NCBI GenBank assembly: GCA_035390665.1
Contig: DAOOUC010000008.1
Span: 1-27,165, forward strand
DNA from: an archaeon
GTDB lineage: Archaea; Iainarchaeota; Iainarchaeia; Iainarchaeales; CSSED10-239
DNA: 27,165 nt
Reading direction: 5' to 3'
The position numbers and the translations under genes were made by a program. Below the pieces are notes generated by a model, which was not told where the DNA came from, did not search any database, and worked only from the letters and a program-made list of their open reading frames with translations. Positions within the stretch are counted from its first letter, which is position 1, and each line of letters opens with the position of its first letter. Of the stretch, positions 8,444-15,862 are shown in pieces.

Positions 8444-9799
8444 TTACTGGGTTTCTGGATTTAGTTTCTTGTATTCTTCTTCTAACTCTTTTATTTCAGA
8501 GTCATATTTTGCATATAATGATTCTAATGCATTACTACCATATAAATCATTATTTTCAAATAATTTTCTGTGAGCTTCTAAATACTTGCCTTGATCCTGT
8601 GCGCATCTTGAAAAGATTGCAGGAACTAATGCTGTATTTTGATGAGTAACAAAGTCTTTAACAACTAATTTAACAAGACCTAAGTCTATGTAATTTGTTT
8701 TTAAGTTATCAATTACTTCATTATCAAATTGCTTACAGTAAGGGCAATCATAATCTGTAAATAAATATAAAGTTATTGGTGCATTTGATTGGCCAATCAC
8801 ATAATCGTTTGGTTGTTCTAAATATTTATAATTTAGATTTTGTTGCTCTGGAAGTGGCAAGATATATCCTCCAGCTATTGGCTGAAATGCTTGTGTAAAC
8901 AATTCATTTTTAGAAAATTCTGTGGAATTTATATCTCCTTCAAAGAAAAACAAAGGTAAGATTAGTGTCTTTGTTGTTTCTAAAATCTCTTTTGCTTTTT
9001 CTTCTCTATAGTCTATTTTTTGAATTTCTACTTCTGAAAATAATCCATTAAAGAAATCAGCATATGGTCCTTCTTTTAATCCTTTAATGTATTCATCCAC
9101 AATTGTATTTGTTAATTCATTTGAATTATTGTAGATTATTATTAATTTTGGTGTACCTACTGTATCTGCAACATAATTTCCAGAATTTAAATCAAATGAA
9201 ATTTCTTCCTCATTCATGGAAATGTCTATCAATTTAGTTATGTTCTCATAAGAGGTATATCCTCCAATTTTATAACTATTTACAAAGATTCCTGGAGTTC
9301 CTGTTAATCCAAATGCTTGAGCTAATTGATAATCTTCTACTAATTTTGATAAATGTTTTGCATTTTCTATATTTATTTCTTCATTTGTAAAGTCGTTTTC
9401 TTCGTAACATTGATCCATTTGTTCTTTATTTAAACCTAATTCTGGGTACCACCCTTCAAAAATGGTTTTTTGAGTCTGTATAATGTCTTTAGTAATCCTT
9501 AATTGTAAATCTTGTGCTTTTTTTTGCAATTGTTCTTCTGTTAGTGTTTCTTCAATTGGTGGAGTAATAGTTACATTTGCGTCTTCTTTTATTTCTGGGA
9601 CTGTTTGTTTTTTATCCATCATTTTTGTTGCAATAACTATTCCAATTATTAAAATAATTAAAACAATAATTCCAATTATTAAAAACTTATTCTTTTTAAT
9701 ATTTAAAAAACTTTTTTTCGGTTTTTTTTCTGGAACGGTTTTAGTCTTTATTGTTCCTTTTTTTTGTGCTGTTTTTTTAGGCACAGTTTTCTTTTTCAA
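8444..9799 (-). CDS. Membrane-anchored DsbA/thioredoxin-fold thiol:disulfide oxidoreductase-like protein
   Basis: 451 aa. The start is TTG with AAGGTGA 6 nt upstream. It has a Lys-rich N-terminus, one TM helix (FLIIGIIVLIILIIGIVIA) and DYDCPYCKQF (a CxxC active site) near the C-terminus. A GLTGTPGIFVN cis-Pro-loop motif lies near the N-terminus. Confidence 0.7.
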   Translation of the reverse strand: MKKKTVPKKTAQKKGTIKTKTVPEKKPKKSFLNIKKNKFLIIGIIVLIILIIGIVIATKMMDKKQTVPEIKEDANVTITPPIEETLTEEQLQKKAQDLQLRITKDIIQTQKTIFEGWYPELGLNKEQMDQCYEENDFTNEEINIENAKHLSKLVEDYQLAQAFGLTGTPGIFVNSYKIGGYTSYENITKLIDISMNEEEISFDLNSGNYVADTVGTPKLIIIYNNSNELTNTIVDEYIKGLKEGPYADFFNGLFSEVEIQKIDYREEKAKEILETTKTLILPLFFFEGDINSTEFSKNELFTQAFQPIAGGYILPLPEQQNLNYKYLEQPNDYVIGQSNAPITLYLFTDYDCPYCKQFDNEVIDNLKTNYIDLGLVKLVVKDFVTHQNTALVPAIFSRCAQDQGKYLEAHRKLFENNDLYGSNALESLYAKYDSEIKELEEEYKKLNPETQ

Positions 9800-9899
9800 A
9801 AATTATCACCTTTTGATTTTTGCTTGATGTTTAAGCTTAACTATAAAAATAGTATTTATAATATATATAGTATAATAACAATTAAAAATAAGTATTATT

Positions 9900-10880
9900 A
9901 TGAAAATTGATAAAAATGTTATAGACGATTTAAAACATAAACATTATGGAGTTTATGGTAACCACTCTGCTGTTGAAATCTGTAGCTGGAATAAAAAAGC
10001 AATTAGAGGAGAGGGCGTATGCTATAAACAACATTTTTATAATGTTGAATGCCACAGATGTGCGCAGATTACACCAACCGTTCTTTGGTGTCATAACAAT
10101 TGTGTTTTTTGTTGGAGGCCTGCAGAGTATATGGTTGGATCTCTTGATAAAAAAGAATACGATAAGCCAAAAGAAATAATTGACGGGCTATTTGCAGAAA
10201 GAAAAAAACTATTGTCTGGCTTTGGAGGTTTTAAAAATGTGGATAAAAAACTTCTTAAAGAAGCAGAGGTTCCAAGTCATGTGGCAATATCTCTTTCTGG
10301 AGAACCAACAATGTACAAAGATCTTGATAAATTGATTCTTGAACTTAAATCAAGAAAAGAAATTAAAACTATTTTTGTGGTAACAAATGGACTAGAACCC
10401 GGCACTTTAAAAAAATTAAAGGACAAAAACGCTTTGCCAACACAACTTTATCTTTCTTTTATTGCACCTAATGAAAAACTACATTTAAAGATTAATAGAC
10501 CAAAAGTAAAAGACACTTGGAAAACATTAATGAAAACAATTAATCTATTTCCAAAACTTAATTGCCGTAAAGTTATTAGATTTACATTAATTAAAGGAAT
10601 GAATGATGAAAAAGATTTGATTCCTGAATTTGTAAAAATCTTTGAAAAATCAAAAGCTGATTTTATCGAGATTAAGTCTTATATGTATCTCGGGTATTCT
10701 AGAAAAACAATGACCATTGACAATATGCCAAGCTTTGATGAATGCCTAGATTATGCTAAAGAATTTGAAAAAAATTCAAAGGATTTTAAAATCTCTGATA
10801 CCTGTAAACCATCACGAATAATTCTTTTGAAAAACAAAAATAGCAAATATGATAATTTTATTTTAAAGAAGGGAAAATAA
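9900..10880 (+). CDS. taw1: tRNA 4-demethylwyosine synthase Taw1/TYW1 (radical SAM)
   Basis: 326 aa. The radical-SAM motif is CHNNCVFC (C64/C68/C71). Three upstream Cys at 13-residue spacing (C28, C41, C54) match the auxiliary-cluster ligands of archaeal Taw1. SLSGEPT is also present. Confidence 0.85.
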   Translation: MKIDKNVIDDLKHKHYGVYGNHSAVEICSWNKKAIRGEGVCYKQHFYNVECHRCAQITPTVLWCHNNCVFCWRPAEYMVGSLDKKEYDKPKEIIDGLFAERKKLLSGFGGFKNVDKKLLKEAEVPSHVAISLSGEPTMYKDLDKLILELKSRKEIKTIFVVTNGLEPGTLKKLKDKNALPTQLYLSFIAPNEKLHLKINRPKVKDTWKTLMKTINLFPKLNCRKVIRFTLIKGMNDEKDLIPEFVKIFEKSKADFIEIKSYMYLGYSRKTMTIDNMPSFDECLDYAKEFEKNSKDFKISDTCKPSRIILLKNKNSKYDNFILKKGK

Positions 10881-10881
10881 T

Positions 10882-11751
10882 ATGAATGATGAATTAAAAG
10901 AAATTGCAAAAGCTTTACAAACAGAAAAAACAATTTGTCTTTTGGCTCCAAGTTTTCCTGTGGATTTTTCTTTTCCTGACATTATCTTGGATCTAAGAGC
11001 AATGGGTTTTTCAAAAGTATTAGAACTAACTTATGCTGCAAAACTTATCAATTACAGATATATTGAAATTCTAAAAGAAAATCCTGACAAACAATATATT
11101 TGTGGAAACTGCCCAACAATTGTAAAAATGGTTCAAAATAAATATCCTGAACATAAAGACAAAATTATTGATGTGGCTTCTCCTATGGTAGTTATGGCAA
11201 GATTTGTAAAAAGAGAATTTGGGACAGATTATAAGTCTGTATTTGTTGGACCTTGCTTTGCTAAAAAACAAGAAGCTAAAGAAAACTCAGATTGTGTGGA
11301 TTTTGCTTTGACCTTTAAAGAACTTTGTGAACTTTATTGTTACTTAGAAGAAAATAAACAACTTAAGGAAATAACAGACAATAAAGAAAACAGAGAATTT
11401 AATAAATTCTATAATGATATCACAAAAATTTATCCTCTTGGTGGAGGTGTAGCAGAAAGCATGCTAAATAAGCAAGTATTACAGAAAGATGAAATCATAG
11501 TTTGTGATGGCCCAGAAACCTTAGACCGCGCAATAAAAGATTTAGAAGAATTTAAAAAATTTAGATTTGTAGATATTCTTTTTTGTAAGGGCGGTTGCCT
11601 TGGAGGCCCTGGAATAATTAATAAAGACACAATAGATAACAGAACACAAAAGCTAATGGATTACAAAGACAAATCCAGATATTATGAACCGGATGGAAAC
11701 TACGGTAAATTCATACATGCCTTTGGATTAGATATAAATAGAAAAAAATAA
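10882..11751 (+). CDS. [FeFe]-hydrogenase large-subunit C-terminal (H-cluster) domain-like protein, probably non-catalytic
   Basis: 289 aa. It is collinear with HydA motifs: L1 ICGNCPTIV (vs TSCCPxW), L2 GPCFAKKQE (vs MPCxxKxxE) and L3 DILFCKGGCLGGPG (vs ExMxCxxGCxxGGGQ). It starts 1 nt after the taw1 stop. Confidence 0.75.
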   Translation: MNDELKEIAKALQTEKTICLLAPSFPVDFSFPDIILDLRAMGFSKVLELTYAAKLINYRYIEILKENPDKQYICGNCPTIVKMVQNKYPEHKDKIIDVASPMVVMARFVKREFGTDYKSVFVGPCFAKKQEAKENSDCVDFALTFKELCELYCYLEENKQLKEITDNKENREFNKFYNDITKIYPLGGGVAESMLNKQVLQKDEIIVCDGPETLDRAIKDLEEFKKFRFVDILFCKGGCLGGPGIINKDTIDNRTQKLMDYKDKSRYYEPDGNYGKFIHAFGLDINRKK

Positions 11752-11789
11752 TTATTTTTCTTTAATTATATAATGTATGCCAAATCTGT

Positions 11790-12152
11790 TTAAATTATTT
11801 CAATACTTTCTAAGAATTTGTTGTTTATTTTAGAATAGATTTCTAACCTTAAAGTGGCTAATTTCATATAAAATAACTTTTTATCTATCGTAAAAATTTT
11901 TGTGGGATTAATTGCACTTTTAAATTCTAAATTCCCGTTTTCAATATCTGTGTCTTTTATTTCAATACAATTATTAAAATTAGGTTTGTGGGTTGTTATA
12001 TAACAGCAAATTATATCTTGATTTCTATTATTGTGATATTCGTTAGAAATAACCAGAACTGGCCTTTTCTTAGATCTAAATAAATCAGTAAATGGAAACA
12101 TTGCTAAATATATTTCCCTTTGCTTAATACTTGTCCCATCTTTTGTCATCAT
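11790..12152 (-). CDS. MazF/PemK-family toxin (endoribonuclease)
   Basis: 120 aa. REIYLAMFPFTDLFRSKKRPVLVISNE fits the PemK/MazF N-terminal pattern (GDI..v.F......k.RP.lViS). It overlaps the upstream antitoxin gene by about 26-29 nt. Confidence 0.7.
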   Translation of the reverse strand: MMTKDGTSIKQREIYLAMFPFTDLFRSKKRPVLVISNEYHNNRNQDIICCYITTHKPNFNNCIEIKDTDIENGNLEFKSAINPTKIFTIDKKLFYMKLATLRLEIYSKINNKFLESIEII

Positions 12153-12366
12153 TATTATTCCAACTTTTTAATGATTTATCAAGCATTTTATAGTATTCCT
12201 TATCTTCTTTTGTTTTAATTATGTTGTCGGCTTTTTGAAGGATTATTCTTTTTTTATCAACAACTAACAGTAAAGATGTGCCCCTTTTAAGATTTAATTG
12301 ATTTCTAATACTTATTGGAATACTTATTTGCCCTTTATCACTAATCGTTGCGGTCTTAATCAACAT
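12124..12366 (-). CDS. AbrB/MazE/SpoVT-type antitoxin
   Basis: MLIKTATISDKGQISIPISIRNQLNLKRGTSL is a SpoVT-AbrB swapped-hairpin motif. I prefer the ATG at 12366 over the track's TTG at 12414, because a TATA-like TTTTTATATAA and the repeat array lie between them. Confidence 0.7.
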   Translation of the reverse strand: MLIKTATISDKGQISIPISIRNQLNLKRGTSLLLVVDKKRIILQKADNIIKTKEDKEYYKMLDKSLKSWNNNDDKRWDKY

Positions 12367-12367
12367 A

Positions 12368-12394
12368 TTCTTACCTTTCTTACTTTTCTTACTT
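12368..12394 (-). promoter_or_regulatory. Three tandem 9-bp direct repeats between the TATA-like box and the antitoxin ATG (candidate operator)
   Basis: The plus strand reads ttcttacct ttcttactt ttcttactt (12368-12376, 12377-12385, 12386-12394), followed by atataa. The minus strand reads TTTTTATATAAGTAAGAAAAGTAAGAAAGGTAAGAATATG. Confidence 0.5.
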
Positions 12395-12434
12395 ATATAA
12401 AAATTAAGAACCAACGATTTTATAAATATAGTCC

Positions 12435-12462
12435 AAATGGAATCTAATCTGTGATTCCATTT
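12435..12462 (-). terminator. Perfect 10-bp inverted repeat spanning the radA stop codon (possible terminator or processing hairpin)
   Basis: aaatggaatc (12435-12444) and gattccattt (12453-12462) flank an 8-nt loop. On the minus strand this reads AAATGGAATC ACAGATTA GATTCCATTT, with the TAG stop in the loop. Confidence 0.35.
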
Positions 12463-13472
12463 TCTGTGACTTGATAAACTGCTTCGCCATCTGGAAGACT
12501 TGGAGAATCTACAAGTTTTGCAATTCTTTTTGAACCAGAACTTTTTCTTAAATAAACTCTTGTCTTTGAGGCATGCTTAACAACATTTCCGCCGATTGCA
12601 TCAGTTGGATCACCAAACAAAACATCTGGCCTTGACATTACTTGATTTGTAACAAACACAACAACATTGTAAAGTTCAGCAATCTTTTGAAGAGTTCTCA
12701 TGTGACCATTAAGCTTTTGCTGTCTGTCTGATAATTGACCCCTTCCAACAAATTCTGAACGGAATTGACTTGTCAGAGAATCCACAATTACAAGCTTGAT
12801 ATTCTTTTCTTTAATTATTTCTTGAGCCTTATCTGCTAATAACATCTGATGATTACTATTAAATGCTCTTGCAACAAAAATGTTTTTCATAACTTCTTCA
12901 GGGTTCATTCCTCTATATTTTGCAATTTGTGAAACTCTTTCTGGTCTAAATGAATTTTCTGTATCTATATAAAGAACACCACCATTTAACCCCCCTTTTT
13001 CCACAGGCATCTGAGCTAAAACACATAGTTGAAAACACCACTGTGATTTACCTGAAGCAAACATACCATACACTTCAGTTATTGATTGACTTTCAATACC
13101 TCCGCCTAAAAGATCATCAAGTTCAGAAGAACCAGTTGTTAATCTTGCTATTGTTTTTCTTCTATCTAAGATCTTTTCTGCAGTTTCAAAACCCATTTCT
13201 AAGGAATCCCTTGCTGCTTTAATCGCTTTAATTGCAGTGCCTTCGCCAAGACCTGCAACCGCTACAAGTTCACTTGGGGATGCTACAGCAATTGCCTCTA
13301 AAGAATCATAACCTGCAGCTAAAAGCTTCTCTGCTGATGCTGGGCCAATGCCTGGAAGATCAGTAATTGTCATATTTTTTCCAGAGTTTCCATTTATTTC
13401 CTCTGTTTCTTCTACATACTCTTCATTACTAAATTCTTCTTCCATTGTTTCTCCCTTCTTTGTTTTTTTCAT
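12444..13472 (-). CDS. radA: DNA repair and recombination protein RadA
   Basis: It has the HhH motif [12 protein letters not shown], Walker [10 protein letters not shown], Walker B KLVIVDS and the RadA C-terminus. The start is set at the ATG at 13472, which is preceded by AAAGGAGAG. The track's ATG at 13520 abuts a TATA-like TTTATATTTA and is unlikely. Confidence 0.92.
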   Translation of the reverse strand: MKKTKKGETMEEEFSNEEYVEETEEINGNSGKNMTITDLPGIGPASAEKLLAAGYDSLEAIAVASPSELVAVAGLGEGTAIKAIKAARDSLEMGFETAEKILDRRKTIARLTTGSSELDDLLGGGIESQSITEVYGMFASGKSQWCFQLCVLAQMPVEKGGLNGGVLYIDTENSFRPERVSQIAKYRGMNPEEVMKNIFVARAFNSNHQMLLADKAQEIIKEKNIKLVIVDSLTSQFRSEFVGRGQLSDRQQKLNGHMRTLQKIAELYNVVVFVTNQVMSRPDVLFGDPTDAIGGNVVKHASKTRVYLRKSSGSKRIAKLVDSPSLPDGEAVYQVTENGITD

Positions 13473-13680
13473 ATATATTACTCTCCTTTTATTATTAAAA
13501 GTATATGCTTTAACATACAATAAATATAAAGACTTTCAAAAGGGGGTCATTTTCGGGGGGGTAGCTGTCCAGTGCGAAAATCCAAATTTATTAATAAATC
13601 TTTGGTTTTCTTAACCAAAAATGTTTTAAAAAGAATATATATTATATTATTGGGATTAAACTAAAAATATGTGAAAAAAC

Positions 13681-15462
13681 ATGGGAATGGATTACGAAAA
13701 TATTCGATGGCTTAAAGAACTTGGTTCTACTGATTCAAGAGTAATAGGAAGAAAAGCAGCTAGACTTGCTCAACTTGCTAATGCAGGAATTACTGTTCCA
13801 AGAGGATTTGTTGTTACTGCAACAGAATTTTTTAATTTTTTACAAACAAATAATATTAAATCAAAGATTATAGAACAATTAAGAAGTATAGACTATAATA
13901 ATAAAGAAGATATAGAAAAAAAATCAAATGAAATTAAACAAATTATTCTTAAAGGAAAACTTAACCAAGAAGCAGAAGTTGAAATTTATAAATACTATAG
14001 CAAATTAGGAGATGTTGGTGGCGGTTGGCTTCCTAGCAGTGCTGATGCATTTGTTGCTATCAGATGTTCTGTTGTTTGTGATGATGGTGAAGTTTGTGAT
14101 AATAAGTTTATTGAAGAAGAAGGCGGATTTCTAAATATTAAAGGAAAACCAGAAGTTGTTAAGGCAATAAAAGAAACCTGGAGTATTCTTTATAGCCCTG
14201 ATGTTTTAGAATATGCACACAACAAGGGAATTAATGTTGAAAGACTCGGAATTGGAGTAATTATTCAAAATATGATTTCAGCAAAATATTCTGGAATAAC
14301 AATCTCAAGTAAAAGTTTAACTGATCCTAACACTTGTGTTATTGAAGGAATATATGGTTTTGGTGCAGCACATGTTATTAAAGAAATAACTCCAGATCAC
14401 TACGAGACACAGAAAAAACCATATCAAACTCTTGGTAAAACTATTTCAAAACAAGATTGGGAATTAAAAAGAATAAAAGGACAGACTGTTAAAGATGCTG
14501 TTCCAGAATCAGAGAGAGAAAAACAAAAAATTAATACTCACATTTTAAAAGATTTAACTAATACTGCTCAAAGACTTGAAGAATTCTTTGGAACTCCTCA
14601 AATGGTTGAGTGGGCAATGGATAAAGCCGATATTTATATTATTTCTTCAGAAGCAGTAAATCCAAACACTATTGAAAAAACTAAGAAAAATTCTCAACAA
14701 AAGATTAATACTTTTAAGAACCAATTATTGATTAAAGGCGTCGGGGTTTCTAACGGAATAATTAATGGTGTTGTAGTTAATATTGCAAATTATAATGATT
14801 TAGAAAAAGTAAATAACGAATCAATAATTGTTACCGCAATGACTGATCAAGAAATGGTTGGAGCAATGAAGATTGCAAGAGGAGTTGTAACTAATGCGGG
14901 TAGTTCAATATGTCATGCAGCAGTAATCTGTAAAGACCTTTCAAAACCTTGTGTTGTCGGTACAAGATTTGCAACAGAGCAGCTTCTTGATGGGGAAAAA
15001 ATCCAGATCAATGGACAAACCGGAGAAATTTATTCTATTGAATCATTAGATATTGTTGATATTCATCCTGAAGAGGATAATTTTTTAGATGAAAAAGAAC
15101 AAAGAGTAAAGAAACTTTGGGAAGAACAAAGAGAACTTAGAGAAAAAGGAGCTGTAATAATTAATAAGAAAGAACCAAAAGCAGCAAAAGCTCCAGAACA
15201 TATAATCTTTAATAAATCTGTTGAAGAGAAAATCGTTGAAGAAAAGGTTGTAAAAAATAGTGTCGTTGATTCTTTAGGAAATATAAATATTAAAGATCTT
15301 TCTAAAATTGATATCACAAAAGTCAAACAAATAGTTATACCTATTGATCAATTATTTAATTCTGCAGAAAAAGCAAAATTAAGTAATGAATATCCTGGTT
15401 CTGTTTGTATGATTGCTAAAGAAAAAATTAAAAAAGTTTTAAAGGATATCAAGGATATATAA
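13681..15462 (+). CDS. PEP synthase/PPDK-like protein: N-terminal ATP-grasp nucleotide-binding domain plus phosphohistidine swivel domain, lacking the PEP/pyruvate TIM-barrel domain
   Basis: 593 aa. The N-terminus is IRWLKELGSTDSRVIGRKAARLAQLANAGITVPRGFVVTA (PpsA/PPDK_N pattern). The swivel domain is GVVTNAGSSICHAAVICKDLSKPCVVG (cf. GG.TSHAAIVARE.GIP.VVG) with the His retained. The last 130 or so residues are K/E-rich low complexity, not a TIM barrel. Confidence 0.8.
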   Translation: MGMDYENIRWLKELGSTDSRVIGRKAARLAQLANAGITVPRGFVVTATEFFNFLQTNNIKSKIIEQLRSIDYNNKEDIEKKSNEIKQIILKGKLNQEAEVEIYKYYSKLGDVGGGWLPSSADAFVAIRCSVVCDDGEVCDNKFIEEEGGFLNIKGKPEVVKAIKETWSILYSPDVLEYAHNKGINVERLGIGVIIQNMISAKYSGITISSKSLTDPNTCVIEGIYGFGAAHVIKEITPDHYETQKKPYQTLGKTISKQDWELKRIKGQTVKDAVPESEREKQKINTHILKDLTNTAQRLEEFFGTPQMVEWAMDKADIYIISSEAVNPNTIEKTKKNSQQKINTFKNQLLIKGVGVSNGIINGVVVNIANYNDLEKVNNESIIVTAMTDQEMVGAMKIARGVVTNAGSSICHAAVICKDLSKPCVVGTRFATEQLLDGEKIQINGQTGEIYSIESLDIVDIHPEEDNFLDEKEQRVKKLWEEQRELREKGAVIINKKEPKAAKAPEHIIFNKSVEEKIVEEKVVKNSVVDSLGNINIKDLSKIDITKVKQIVIPIDQLFNSAEKAKLSNEYPGSVCMIAKEKIKKVLKDIKDI

Positions 15463-15463
15463 A

Positions 15464-15862
15464 ATGAAAATTAAAGGACAAAGACAAGCGGTACAAAAAC
15501 ACACAGGCCCGCCAACTCCACCTAAACGAAAAGTTATTAGTTTAGACAAAAACACAACTAACACTCACATTAATCATATAAATACAATCTTTACTCTTTC
15601 TAAGACAAAACCTGTACGTATAAAGAAACTTTCATTTTCTATTTCTTTTTTTGAAAAAAAGAAAAAAAATCTTAATCAAATTTATAGTGCTCTAGTAAAT
15701 GGAGAAAATCCGAGAAAAATATTTGTGACCTTTGAGGATTTTGATTTTCATGAATTTGAAGAAATTGGTGTTAAAAAGTATTCACAGAAACTAACTAGAG
15801 AAATTGATAACCTGAACTCTGCAATAAAATATACAAAAGAAATTTTAAAACAATTAGATTAA
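15464..15862 (+). CDS. Hypothetical basic protein, translationally coupled to the PEP-utilising-like gene
   Basis: 132 aa. It starts 1 nt after the upstream stop and has no motif I recognise. Its 3' end overlaps the convergent SulP gene by 9 nt. Confidence 0.4.
   Translation: MKIKGQRQAVQKHTGPPTPPKRKVISLDKNTTNTHINHINTIFTLSKTKPVRIKKLSFSISFFEKKKKNLNQIYSALVNGENPRKIFVTFEDFDFHEFEEIGVKKYSQKLTREIDNLNSAIKYTKEILKQLD

Noticed and set aside
9630-9700. Repeated ttccaattattaaaa strings that look like short direct repeats
   Set aside because: They encode the Ile/Gly-rich TM helix (IIGIIVLIILIIGIVI) of the DsbA-like protein. The repetition is a codon-level effect of a low-complexity hydrophobic segment, not a CRISPR or regulatory repeat.
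10882-11751. Calling this ORF a functional [FeFe]-hydrogenase (H2 metabolism)
   Set aside because: The first Cys of the L1 CC pair and the L2 and L3 Met residues, which I recall as lining the 2Fe subsite, are substituted. GGGQ is degenerate and there are no F-cluster domains. No hydE/F/G genes are in the window. The evidence supports only an H-domain-like Fe-S protein.
13473-13520. Longer RadA N-terminus starting at the ATG at 13520 ([16 protein letters not shown]...)
   Set aside because: The extension contains the AAAGGAGAG Shine-Dalgarno site for the ATG at 13472 and abuts the TATA-like box at 13521-13530, leaving no promoter. The sequence is not RadA-like.
13542-13585. GC-rich segment GGGGGGGTAGCTGTCCAGTG considered as a split-tRNA 5' half or tRNA pseudogene, as known from Nanoarchaeum
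   Set aside because: After a possible 7-nt acceptor strand and TA, the only D-stem pairing (GCTG/CAGT) leaves a 2-nt loop. No anticodon arm or T arm can be drawn on either strand. It is kept only as an unexplained structured element.
15060-15462. K/E-rich repetitive tail (EEKIVEEKVV and similar) considered as a separate gene or tandem DNA repeat
   Set aside because: It is in frame and continuous with the swivel domain, with no internal stop. The repeats are short and imperfect at the DNA level. It is treated as a low-complexity C-terminal tail.
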